From the NCBI GenBank assembly GCA_964016885.1, contig OZ024741.1, forward strand, positions 41,664,001 through 41,728,000: a stretch of 64,000 nt of DNA, given 5' to 3'. The DNA comes from Eledone cirrhosa (lineage: Eukaryota). Position numbers and translations under genes: made by a program. This document shows, in pieces, positions 1-12,044 of the stretch. Within the stretch, counting starts at the first letter, position 1; each line of letters starts with the position of its first letter. The notes under the pieces are model-generated. The model was not told where the DNA came from, did no database searches, and saw only the letters and a program-made list of their open reading frames with translations.

Positions 1-252
1 TGAGCGGCTCTGATCAGGAATATGCAGCTATTGCAGCTAAGTATCTATTGAACCATTTGATCAGAAAACCAGTAACTATTACAACTAAACATCTATTAAA
101 GTGTCTGATCAACCTTGGCCATGCATGGGTTTGATGACACTTGCTTGTAAAGGAACATTCTAGCATTTGCTATTGATAGGGGAAGAGGAGGAGAGAGAAA
201 GAGCGGGCTGTTCTGTGTGAAATCAGATGCTGAAGCCATTCTCAAAGAACAT

Positions 253-745
253 TAGCGTGTGTGTGCATGTGTGTATGTATGCATGTAAGTGTATGTGTGT
301 ATGTGTGTGTGTGCATGTGTGTGTGTGTGTGCATGTAAGTGTATATGCATGTGTGTATGTATGTAAGTGTATATGCATGCATCTGTGTGTGTGTGTGCAC
401 ATGTGTCAGTATGCATGTGTGTGAGTGCCTGCATGTATATCTGCATGTGTGTGTATATACATACACAAATGTGTGAGTGCATGCATATATGTATATGTGC
501 ATATATATGTGTGTGCATGCATGTATGCACGTGGGTGCATGCATGTATGTTGGTGTACATATATGCATATGTGTGCATATGTGTATATGCATGCATATTT
601 GTGTGTGCATGTGTGTGTGTGTGTGTGTGTGTGTCTGCATGTATGTCTGCATGTGTGTGTATACATACAGAAGTGTGTGAGTGCATGCATATATGTATGT
701 GCATGTATATGTATGTATGAGAATGAGTGTATATGTATGTAGATG
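253..745. repeat. Degenerate (TG)n/(TGCA/TGTA) microsatellite
   Basis: Continuous tgtgtg/tgcatg/tgtatg runs; these explain the CVCV/HTHT ORFs. Confidence 0.95.
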
Positions 746-1114
746 TGTTTTATTGTGAGTGAAAAACTATACATATTCCATTCTTAATAGAATCCTTACA
801 CAAAGACACTTATATTGTTTTAATAGGAATTTTGAACAACTTCCAAAGAAACGTTGCTACATGTTTGTTTGTGTGTGTTAGTTTGTTTTTATTTTGGATG
901 AAATCCTAAACAACAGCTCCGACAACTAGAGAGGGAGGTGTGTTGGGGTGGTGGAGATATAGGTGTGGTGGGGTGGTGTGGTAGAGATATAGGGGTGAGT
1001 GAGAGAGATAAGACTTTGTAGACAAAGCAATTCAATGGTTGATATAATATTGAAACACAGTTCTGTTTGCCACAAACCAACAGTAATTAGATTAACTAGA
1101 AGCTAGCAACAGCA

Positions 1115-1153
<39 letters not shown>

Positions 1154-1409
1154 GCTGCATAAATAATAATATTAATCTATTATTATTATTATTATTATAA
1201 ATGTAACTGTTGGTAATATTAGCAGAGATGTTGATAAAGCAACAACTACAACTGCCTCATGATCAATAATAATAATAATAATAATATATAATTATTATTA
1301 TTATTATTGGTTATATGAAACATTGTGAAATATGTGATTATGATTGTTTGGGGGAATGTCAGTACAATGCAGATTAGAAAAACAAAAGTGAAAACTAGTG
1401 TAAACTTTA

Positions 1410-1456
<47 letters not shown>

Positions 1457-1483
1457 GTTTATATGTAAAAGGTAAACAGAGGG

Positions 1484-1519
1484 TCTTAACGTTTCGGATG
1501 CTAGTCCTTCATCAGAAGA
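1484..1519 (-). ncRNA. Minimal type-I hammerhead ribozyme motif (PLE-type)
   Basis: Minus strand reads UCUU-CUGAUGA-A-GGA(CUAGCA)UCC-GAAA-CG-UU-AAGA: intact core boxes, 4-bp stem I, 3-bp stem II, palindromic AACGUU at stem III; lies next to (TA)n 1408-1450. Confidence 0.7.
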
Positions 1520-1602
1520 AAGAATGAGAAATAAGATTGATTGAAGGGAGGGGCGTGTTGACATCTCTCTATATATATAATCCTGATGCAGGATTATACA
1601 AA

Positions 1603-2040
1603 TGAAACAGTAAAGTGGTTGTGTAGGTATCACAACAAAAAGCATCCAGCCGACACTGTCAAGTGGTCGTGTAGGTGTCATGACAAAAAACATCCAGCCC
1701 ACATTATAAAGTGGTCATGTAGGTATCATAACAAAAAGCATCTAGCCCACACTGTAAAGTGGTCATGTAGGTGTCATGACAAAAAACATCCAGCCCACAC
1801 TGTAAAGTGGTCATGTAGGTATCACAACAAAAAGCATCCAGCCGACACTGTAAAGTGGTCGTATAGGTGTCATGACAAAGAACATTCAGCCCACACTGTA
1901 AATGTGGTTGGTGTTCGGAAGGACATCCAGCTGTGGAAACCAACCCAAAGTCATGGTCATCAGACCTGGCTTGTCTCAATGGGGAAACTCATCTAACCCA
2001 TGCTAGAATGGAAAATGGGTGTTAAACAACAATGATGATA
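1603..2040 (+). mobile_element. Non-autonomous RTE 3'-UTR derivative with a 6 x 48-bp tandem array
   Basis: Six units of cacactgtaaagtggtcatgtaggtgtcatgacaaaaaacatccagcc, then the RTE 3' end (tgtaaatgtggttggtgtt...aacccatgctag...gttaaac, then atgatgat) seen in the RTE copies of this window. Confidence 0.8.
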
Positions 2041-2679
2041 CTCAAGGCCAACAATGTGTGCGACCCAGCACATGACTGGTATTTCATCAACCTCATAAGT
2101 AGGTTTGGTATGATTCAAACAAAGAACAAAGGGCTGGAATATATATTGCTAAGTATTTATCCAACACTCTCATGGCTCTGCCAATCCAACACCATAACAA
2201 CAACAACAACAATAACAAATCTATTACAACAGGTTCAGAGAATATTTTAAATTGAATTATAAATTAAACCAGCCCGTAATAATAATAAGGATGATGATGA
2301 TAACAGTAATAATAATAATAATAATAATATAAACATCAAAGTAACGTAGATTATTAATTTTTCATATTTATATATTTTTTCACTTTCCCATAAAATGAGT
2401 TCTGTTATTTTTTACATAGTTCCACAGCAACAACAGTTGTTTCAGCATTGATCTCTTTAACAATGTAAGTTATCATATATGGGGGGAAAGAATTAAATAA
2501 GGAAATAGATAAATAAAAACAAAAAACAGGAAAGAAACAGGGCTGAACAAGGTTCCATCTTGTCTTACACATCATAGTTAATAATTTCTAATCTCTAAAA
2601 CAGAAGAGCAATCTTTTATCATCAGCTAAACTTCACAGAACAGGGAAGATAGTAATATATAAATGATATAATTAAACAG

Positions 2680-2840
2680 CCATGGCTGTGTAATTAAGGA
2701 CTTCATTTTATAACCACTTTGTTTCGGGTTTACTCCCACTGCATGGCCCTTTGAGCAAGTGTTTCCGAAAATAGCCTTGGGTTCACCGAAGCTTAATTAG
2801 TGAAATTTGTTCGATGAAAAACTGTTTGAAGTTCAACGTA
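2680..2840 (+). mobile_element. Old tRNA-derived SINE copy
   Basis: A/B-box-like head followed by a ttgagcaagtgt central box; a related decayed copy lies at ~18020-18185. Confidence 0.5.
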
Positions 2841-2879
2841 TATATATATATGAATGCATGAGTGTGTGTATATAGTGCA

Positions 2880-3200
2880 GCACTATCAGTTACAAAGATG
2901 AGTGTTCCAATTGATACAATCAACAAAACAGCCTGCTTGTGAAATTAATATGCAAGTGGCTGAGCATTCCGCAAACATACACACCCATGATGTAGTTCTC
3001 AGGGAGATTCAGCATGACACAGAATGTGATAAGTCTGGCCCTTTGAATTACAGGTACAACACATTTTTGCCAGCTGAGTGGACTGGAGCAATGTGAAATA
3101 AAGTGTCTTGCTCAAAGACACAGTGCACTGCTGGGAATCAAACTCACGACCTTACAATCTTGAGCCTAATGCCCTAACCACAAAGCCACATGCCTTCACA
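2880..3200 (-). mobile_element. tRNA-derived SINE
   Basis: Minus strand has head gaaggcatgtggctttgtggttagggc, B-box gagtttgattccc, and central ttgagcaagacactttatttcacattgctccagt shared with the other SINEs here. Confidence 0.75.
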
Positions 3201-3434
3201 TGTGTATGTGTGTGAATGCACACATAAAACACTCCCACAACAAAAAAGAAATGACTGACTGAACACATCTTTTGTCTTCAAACATTTTGTGTCTGTTTCT
3301 TTCTCTTCTCACATTAAGCCTTTTTTCCTACTCTATTAAGTGTTAAACTAATATATATCTTCATTGAGCAGTATCATTTGCTGTGTTGTTTTATGTTTAC
3401 TTTTCACACACACATATATATATAAAATCATTTA

Positions 3435-3474
<40 letters not shown>

Positions 3475-3554
3475 ACATTTACTGCTTGTTTATGTCCTAT
3501 AGTGTAATTTGAGAAAGTAAAACTTGTTAAATTAAGTATCAGACTTGATAGATA

Positions 3555-3720
3555 AATACTGGGGTTGATGCATGCAAGGTCATGTAACTCCTGGGGAGTC
3601 ATAGAAGCGCTGTATTGACATAGTGTTTCTAGGGCACATGTAGCATCCTTGTGTAGCAACAGTCAATACACTTTTCTGTTCACTTCATGAGTATCCATGG
3701 CTCACTTCCATACAAGAGAT
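3555..3720 (-). pseudogene. Old RTE LINE ORF2 fragment
   Basis: Minus strand translates LLYGSEPWILMK*TEKCIDCCYTRML (RTE LLYGSETW motif); the adjacent segment resembles 23690-23750. Confidence 0.55.
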
Positions 3721-4794
3721 TTAACAGAGGTTAGAAATAACCTCAGCTGTGTTTGCTTTAAAATGTTATATTTATCTATAATCCTTCAGTCAAATATTGT
3801 TATATTTGAGGGAGGGTCATGTTGTCCTAAAATTGCCATAAAAATATAGTAAAACACACTCACTCTTTGGTTTGGTTTTCGCTTCTGTAAATATCTGTTT
3901 CAACACACAATTTCATGTCAAAACCCTTGCAAAATAAATATATCGCCCTTCAGTCAAAGTTATATGTAAGAATTTTCCAAACAGCAGTTTCATTCCCAGA
4001 ATTCTTGAATATTTTCAAAATTATTTGAGAACTATAAGCAGTGTGTTTCATTATAAATGTGGTAATGAAAGGGTTATATTTATATATATCTAAAGCCCTT
4101 CCATCATAATTTTAAGTAAGAAGCTTTGTTAAGGGCTTCCAAACACTACCTTGATAATGAGAAAGTTATACTAGTATAACTCTCCAAACGTTTGCTTATT
4201 CAAAAAATTAACAAGTACCGATCGACTTTCATCAAATCAGACCGAGGAGACAATGTTTTTGTCAGTCTTTTCAGTTGCTAGTACTATCTATCGGTCGCAA
4301 CTCCAGGTAGGAGCAATGTGAAATAAAGGGTCTTGCTCAAGGAAATAACGCATCGCCCGGTCCTGGAATCGAACTCACAGCCTCATTCCATTATAAATAT
4401 GGTAACAAAGGGGTTGAAAAAAACAGCTGGCGAAGAGCTATTGTGAACATAGGTGTGAGTCATTCTGTATTTTGAAAGATACAATGGTAAAATTGTAAAC
4501 TACCATAATATGATTACAGTATATGAATATAAATAGGATTAAGACCTTGTAGTGCTTCAAATGTGATAAAGATGAACAAAGTACTGTTCAGAAAGAAAAC
4601 CACTAAATGCAAGTCAACCAAAATAAAGATTCTAAGAAGATTGAGATTATTGTTATTTCCTAAGTGGCAGATTTAAGCTGGAAGTGTAATCTTAATATGA
4701 GTGCTGATGAGTATTTTCAGCAAAACATTATTATCCTTTTTTTATACCAAACCATCTCATGTTCTATAACTGAAAACTGTATATTTTGAAGTAT

Positions 4795-5325
4795 TTATCA
4801 TCATTTTACATCTCCTTCTACACAAGCATTACTTGGATGTGTCACCATGGTCTAAGACTTGACAGGTCATACATTCTATATTTTAGAATTGTTTCTGTGG
4901 ATAGATGCTCTTCCTAATATCAACAATTTTACAGAGTGTACTAGGTGCATTTTATTATGGCACCAGTGCTACCACTTTACTGAGTGTGATAAGTGTTTTA
5001 TCATGACACTAGCGCTGCCCCTTTACAGAGTGTACTGGTTGTCCTTTAACAGGACACCAGTGCTACCACTTTACTGACTGTACTAGGTGTGTTTTATCAT
5101 AGCACCAGCACTGCTGCTTTATTGAGTGTACTGGGTATGTTTTATTATGGTACCAGTGTTACTGCTTCACTGAGTGTACTGGGTATGTTTTATCATGGCA
5201 CCAGTACTACCACTTTACTGAGTGCACTGTGTTTTATCATGGCACCAGTGCTGCCACTCTACTGAGTGTACTGGGTATGTTTTATCATGGCATCAACACA
5301 GCTACTTTACAAAGTGGACTGGAAG
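4795..5325 (-). repeat. RTE-3'-UTR-like element with ~8 degenerate ~48-bp tandem units
   Basis: Repeated ttttatcatggcaccagtgctaccactttactgagtgtactgggtatg next to a decayed RTE-type 3' end (tcatcattttacatc...). Confidence 0.6.
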
Positions 5326-6112
5326 CACTGCCACATCTAAAAACCTTCCACCATAATTTCATATAAGAACCTTTGTTGAGTTATGTTACAAACACCAGCT
5401 TAATAATTAAAAATTTAGTTATGATACTAAATCCCTTAAAATTCTTCATTATTTTCAAAATGCTTTAAAAATCCTTAATGAAATTAAAACTATGCTAGTG
5501 AAAAGGTTAATGCATGTTTCTCTGAAATGAAAGGAGGGGAGGCTGACAGAAGTAGATGAAGGAAGTCATATGAGAAAATAATTTGGCTTTTAAATACCAG
5601 TCTTAATTACAGTTGGATGAGATAAAGTCAGAGGATGTGCTTAATTGGACAATGTTAATTATTCACCAAAATCTCAATCTCTCCCTCTTTCTATTCCATG
5701 AACGAGTAGTAAAATAGGGAGAAACAACTGATGATGTTGATAGGAATGGTTGTGGTGATGTTGATGGTTATTATGGTGGTGCTGATGTCAGATCATTTTT
5801 CTATGTTGCTATTTCTTTTAATATGACAGCTCATAAAACAGCCTTTTCTCTTTCAAGACTTTATAGAAATTTTTAAATTGTAATTCTAAAAACAACATAT
5901 CTAAAAGATGGCTAACTAAGAAAATAACCAAACTTTATTAACCCATTACTGTCTATGATTTTTTTTTTTAGATAATTTTCAAAATAATTAAGAATTTAGT
6001 GGGATTTAGTAATATAGCTAGTTTCCTCATTATTAAGCTGCTGTTTGGAACAAAACTTAAAGGCTCTTAGATAAAATTATAATGGAAGATTTTTAAATAC
6101 AAATACATAGAG

Positions 6113-6245
6113 CAAGATGGTTGGATAACATCCATGAGCTTGGCTGGTAATGCTTGGGGATCCAGCTGGATCAGTTGGAGACGGTTGCTTCTGGCAGGAC
6201 CCACTGGAAGGAGGGTTTGGGGACTCTGCCCCACCACTTTCTCAG
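6113..6245 (+). pseudogene. RTE LINE extreme C-terminus (old subfamily)
   Basis: Translates RWLDNIHELGW*CLGIQLDQLETVASGRTHW (RW.D.I...A..R..W motif) and runs directly into (GAA)n. Confidence 0.5.
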
Positions 6246-6679
6246 GAAGAAGAAGAAGAAGAAGAAGAAGAAGAAGAAGAAGAAGAAGAAGAAGAAGAAG
6301 AAGAAGAAGAAGAAGAAGAAAGAAGGAGGGAAGAAAAAGAAAAAGGAGGAAAGAAATGGGGGGGGGAGAAGAAGAAGAAGGAAAGAAGAAGGAAGGAAAG
6401 AAGAAGAAGGAAAGAAGGAAAGAAGAAGGAAGGAAAGAAGAAGAAGGAAAGAAGTAAAGAAGAAGAAGAAAAGAAGGAAAGAAGAAGGAATGAAGAAGAA
6501 GAAGAAGAAGAAGAAGAAGAAGAAGAAGAAGAAGAAGAAGGAAAGAAGAAGGAAAGAAGAAGAAAAGAAGAAGGAAAGAAGAAGAAGAAAAAGAAAAAGA
6601 AGAAGAAGAAGAAGAAGGAGAAGAAGAAGAAGAAGAAGAAGAAGAAGAAGAAGAAGAAGAAGAAGAAGAAGAAGAAGAA
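6246..6679. repeat. (GAA)n-based polypurine tract
   Basis: Direct reading; source of the poly-E/K/R and poly-F/S/L ORFs. Confidence 0.97.
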
Positions 6680-7084
6680 ATACACATTTATATTGGCTAA
6701 CCAAATATTTTGATATTAAAAGGATTAACATGCATAGCTAGCATTAGAATCCACCTTATAGTTGTTATTGCTGAATATAACAATAGTTTTGTAGGTAAAG
6801 AGCCAGTGTACCTGGCTTGTCATACAAATGACAGGTCTAAATTCATATATTCAATGTGATGATAATCAATAAAACAACAACAACACAAATGAAGCAAATC
6901 AAAGAAATTGCTGAACTGATATTTCCCATTGCTGATAATATCTGCCAGCCGCAATGCATGGCATTGCTTTTCTGGTGACAGCAGGCAGGATTTTGATTCA
7001 GAACACACTCAGAGCCAAAATAGATAATAAGATATTGCAAAGCATTCTATCCAATATTCTAACAATTCTAACAATCCTTCATTC

Positions 7085-7615
7085 CTCAACTGATACTTTA
7101 TATAGATCCTAAAATGTTGAAAGGAAAAATTGACCGTGGCAGGATTTGAACTAAGAAAACAATGAAGTTGAACAAATACCAAGGTATTTAAACTAACATT
7201 CTAATGGCATTGCTAACTCACCATGGATTGGCAAAATCGGTAGAGCGTCGGACAACATGCTTTGCAGCATAGAGTTACGGCTCTTTATGTTCTGAGTTCA
7301 AATCCAACCGAGGTTAACTTTGCCTTTCATCCTTACGGGGTCAATAAAATAAAGTACCAGTAATGCACTGCGGTAATTGCTGGCCTTGTGCCAAAAGTAG
7401 AAACAATTATTTTAACAAATATAAGGGCGGTGGATTGGCAGAATTGGTAGAGCATTGGACAAAATGCTTTGCAGTATTTAATTATGGCACTTTATCCTTA
7501 TGGATTCAATAAAATAAAGTACCAGTCATGCACTGGGGTTGATTTAATCGACTTTCCCCACCCCTTCAAATTGCTGGCCTTGTGCCTAAAGTAGAAACAA
7601 TTATTTTAACAAATA
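7085..7615. mobile_element. Cluster of three related SINE copies (one minus ~7085-7222; two tandem plus ~7223-7418 and ~7425-7615)
   Basis: Repeated ggattggca(a/g)aat(c/t)ggtagagc head and aataaaataaagtaccag...gctggccttgtgcc(a/t)aaagtagaaacaatt tail; same family at 42257-42440 (-) and decayed at ~23845-23980 and ~38490-38580. Confidence 0.7.
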
Positions 7616-7841
7616 TATATACACATTGTAAATGTGGTTGGTATTAGAAAGAGCATCTAGCCATAGAAACCAAGCCAAAATCAGTTCTGTATGAGCAAGA
7701 CATGGCCATCCATCCGGACTGGTCTCTCAACGGGACAATTCGTCTAACCCATGCTAGCGTGGAAAACAGGTGTTAAATGGTGATGATGATGATATTGATG
7801 AAACAAGTCAGTGTCACATTGAATTTCCCTGAGAATTACAT

Positions 7842-8070
7842 AAACCCTTTAGCATTTAAACTGATTGTAACTGGCCAGAACTCTTTCACCTCTTTCTGTT
7901 CAAACCGGCTGTAACTGGCCACTCATACTGATGTTAAGGTATGGTTCTCAAAATAAATAATATCAAAATCTCATAGCTTCGATAGTATATGAGATAATTA
8001 TGTGAGGTAAAGCCTTTGCTATGAAATTATAATAGTAAATACAGAATAATATTAATGCTAAAGGGCTAAA
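7842..8070 (+). mobile_element. piggyBac-type MITE copy
   Basis: Ends aaccctttagcattt ... aatgctaaaggg; interior matches 16849-17058 (reverse) and 57969-58185. Confidence 0.6.
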
Positions 8071-8699
8071 GTTACAATTGTGTCTGTGGAATGCGCAGCC
8101 ACTTGCATGTTAATTTCCTGAGTAGGTTGTTCTGTTGATCAAACATCTGAAACACATATTATCGAACCCAATGAAGATCTATTCTATTCCAATTCCAATT
8201 AAAACATAATTGTAAGAGGACACAACCATGAGACAATTCCTACACCCTTAATTTTGTTTTTGTGTGTGTGAATAAATCCTTTTTGGATTGCAGCTAGTTG
8301 TGACCAACACTGAAGTGGAATAAAACCATTTTAAATTACCATATATGAATATCGAGTAGAAGAATCAGAATGAATGCATTTATTAAACGAGAATCAACAG
8401 AAATTAAATTGAGGGAGGGAGAAAGTAGGAGCTAACTTTCAGCTGCTTTTAGGATTTTCATAGAGACAAAATGTCTAGAGCTTCATGCAAGTTTGGGCAT
8501 AGGAAAGAAGAATTACAAGGAATAGCAAGCTGGATACGAAATCTGACAAAGTTCAATCAATGAATGGATTACTATGCTCTTTCTATCTTATTATTTTTGT
8601 TAGGCTTTTATTTTGTATATTGTTGTATTATTTTTTTTTCCTTTCATATTGTTCCCCATCAGCCAATTTATTCTGCTGGATCAATAATATCATTATTAT

Positions 8700-9212
8700 G
8701 AGAGAGAGACAGAGGGGTGTAGAGAGAGAGGGGGGGATAGAGAGAGGGATAGAGAGAAAGAGAGAGAGAGTTGGAGAGAGAGAGAGAGTTAGAGAGAGAG
8801 AGAGAGCAATGGCGAGTGAGAGAGAGAGAACATGAAAGAACGAGAGGGAAAACAATGGCGAGCGAGAGAGACAGAGAGAACATGAGAGAACGAGTGGGAG
8901 AACAATGGCGAACGAGAAAGAGAGAAAGAACACGAGAAATAGAGTGCATGAAAGAAAGACATAGAGTGCACGAGAGAGAGGGAGAAAGAGGGAGAGAAAG
9001 AGAGAGAGGAGAGAGAGGAGTGAGGGAGAGGAGAGAGGGAGAGGAGAGAGAGGGAGAGGAGAGAGGGAGAGGGAGAGGAGAGAGGGAGAGAAAGAGGGAG
9101 AAGCGAGAGGGAGAGAAAGAGGGAGAGGCGAGAGGGAGAGAAAGAGGGAGAGGCGAGAGGGAGAGAAAGAGAGAGAGGTGAGAGGGAGAGAAAGAGGGAG
9201 GAGAGAGTGCAT

Positions 9213-9245
<33 letters not shown>
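8700..9245. repeat. (GA)n/GA-rich tract
   Basis: Direct reading. Confidence 0.95.
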
Positions 9246-9524
9246 GGACAAAGAGAGAAAGTGAGAAGAGCAAGGGAAATCTTGTCAAAATGGCTAACAT
9301 ATTAGATTTCTGGAACAGGATCATTATTCAGTAACCTATTCTATAATGTGGTGCTGTGTTGTGTTTTCTGTCCCTGGACATTGAGTGAGACTTAAGCTTG
9401 CAACCTTTTTGAAAGGAGAGTTAAGAAGTTTATATGCTTAGGTCACATAATCAACCAGGTGCACAAATTGCATTCCCCTGCTATAACCAATGCATGAATT
9501 TTCAATTATTTTTGTGTTTTTACC

Positions 9525-10412
9525 ATACACATATATACATATATATATATATATATATACACACATACATATATACACACATATATATACGCATACATAC
9601 ACACATATATATACTCATATACACATATATGCATACATATATATATATATATACACATATATACATATATATATATATATATATACACATATATACATAC
9701 ATATATATATATATACACATATATACATATATATATATACACATATACATATATACATATATACACATATATACATATATATATACACATATACATATAC
9801 ATATATACATATACATATATACACATATGCATATATACACATATATACATATACATATATATACATATACATATATACACACATATATATATATACACAT
9901 ATATACATATATATATATACACACATATATATACATATATACATACATATATTTATATATATATACACATATATACATACATATATTTATATATATATAA
10001 ACATATATACATATATATATACACATATATACATACATATATATATATACACACATATATACATATATATACACATATATACATATATATATATACACAT
10101 ATATACATACATATATATATATATACATATATATACACATATATACATACATATATATATATACACATATATATACACATATATACATACATATATATAC
10201 ACATATATACATATATATATATATACACATATATACATATATATATATACACATATATACATATATATATATACACATATATACATATATATATACACAT
10301 ATATACATACATATATATATACATATATATATACATACATATATATACATATATATATATACATACATATATATATACATATATATACATACATATATAT
10401 ATACATATATAT

Positions 10413-10459
<47 letters not shown>

Positions 10460-10470
10460 TACATACATAT
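9525..10470. repeat. (TA)n/(TACA)n microsatellite
   Basis: Direct reading. Confidence 0.97.
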
Positions 10471-10808
10471 GAAGGCACATGGCTTAGTGGTTAGAGCATT
10501 GGCCTTGCAATCGAAAGGTTGTGAGTTCAATTCTCAGACCGGGTGATGTGTTGTTTCCTTGAGCAAGACACGTTATTTCACATTGCTCCAGTTTACTCAG
10601 CTGTAGAAATGAGATGATAGGGACTGGGGTCCATATCATTCCACTGCAAAGTGGTTGTGGAGGTACCACGGCAAAAAAGCACCCAGCACTCACTGTAAAT
10701 GAGGTTGGTGTTAGGAAGGGCATCCATCTGTAGAAATCAAGCCAGAATCAGTTCCCGTCCCACCCTTGCAAGCAGGGAAAAAGCGGTCATAAAATGAAAT
10801 GAAATGAT
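10471..10808 (+). mobile_element. Full-length tRNA-derived SINE (family S1) with RTE-derived tail
   Basis: A box TGGCTTAGTGG, B box GAGTTCAATTC, central ccttgagcaagacac box, and 3' end ccacccttgcaagcagggaaaaagcgg..aaatga matching the 3' end of the RTE at 53946-54996; (TA)n on both sides. Confidence 0.9.
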
Positions 10809-10998
10809 ATATATATATATATATATACACATATATATACATACATATATATATATATATACACATATATACATACATATATATATACATACATATATAT
10901 ATATATATACACATATATACATATATATATATATATATATACATATATACATATATATATATATATACACACATATATACATACATACATATATATAT

Positions 10999-11740
10999 GG
11001 TGGCTGCCAACACTTCCGGAATATAATACGATGTCATCTCTCACAACAAAAACAACCTGATCTATGAATCGAATTAAAGAACGACAAGCTGTGATGTTCT
11101 AACATGGTTCACCAGGCACCCAATGTTGAATCATCGTGGATTGCGAGATGGGCATGTAGTCTATAAATTGGATTTCCTGGATTGTGATAGTGGTGGTGTG
11201 TACGAAGACAGTGGTGCTGTTTTGCTTCTCATTTGTAATATTTTTGATATTTTTGGTGTTTCTCCACACACGGGCTTCTATATCGTACAGGTGTGTGTGA
11301 ATAATGCTTAACCAGTTCACCCCCATGATGCTCTTGATTGCCTGCTTGTTTTACTTGTAACAATCTGCCGCACTATATTCTTGTATAAATAGGACACACG
11401 TGCATGCCACACGTGTGACTGTTGCATACACTGGCTACTCCAAACTTTCCTTTTGCTTTATCTTAGTAGACTGCCAATGTTTTATTTTAATTTTAATTTT
11501 GTCTTTTAATATGACTGTAATCTTTGTATGTAAATTACCATGCTATATTATTATAATGGATGTCAACCCACTGTGGGTCAATATATACATATGTTTCTAT
11601 ATGTCTCTTGTGTTGAAAAGGAGGTCAAGTATGTTAAAAATCACTGAATAATTGCTCCGAAGACTCCAAACCTCGGTTTGGAAGAAACAATTGTAAGCAA
11701 ATAAATGATTTAAACAGGACTTTGTTTCATGTAATCTCTC
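10999..11740 (+). mobile_element. Putative PLE-like relic ending in HHR plus AATAAA
   Basis: Unique block between TA tracts; HHR at 11652-11700 immediately followed by AATAAA (11700-11705); no convincing ORF. Confidence 0.45.
11652..11700 (+). ncRNA. Minimal type-I hammerhead motif (U4C variant)
   Basis: UUGCU-CCGAAGA-C-UCCAAAC(CUCG)GUUUGGA-A-GAAA-CAAUUG-UA-AGCAA: 5-bp stem I, 7-bp stem II, palindromic stem III, GUA cleavage triplet. Confidence 0.75.
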
Positions 11741-11857
11741 TCTCTATATATATATATACACACATATATACATACATATATATATACACACATATATACA
11801 TACATATATATATATATACACACATATATACATATATATATATATACACATATATAC

Positions 11858-12036
<179 letters not shown>

Positions 12037-12044
12037 TACATATA

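Noticed and set aside
227-774. Cys/His-rich ORFs
   Set aside because: Open in most frames only because TG/CA repeats lack stop codons
1586-1996. 136-aa ORF with 16-aa C/H repeats (zinc-finger-like), or a CRISPR-like array
   Set aside because: It translates a 48-bp RTE-UTR tandem repeat; there are no unique spacers and no cas genes, and the DNA is eukaryotic
2575-2630. CUGAUGA...GAAA on the minus strand; similar isolated CTGATGA at 4705, 42074, 57717 and 59514
   Set aside because: No credible stem I/II/III pairing; consistent with chance in AT-rich DNA
6067-6741. Poly-E/K/R ORFs
   Set aside because: Translation of the (GAA)n tract
10471-10550. tRNA gene
   Set aside because: A and B boxes are present but continue into a multi-copy SINE body; no convincing cloverleaf acceptor stem
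11123-11311. VVYKLDFLDCDSGGVY as a GIY-YIG endonuclease motif
   Set aside because: No YIG/YVG box and no downstream R/E/N motifs; too weak to call
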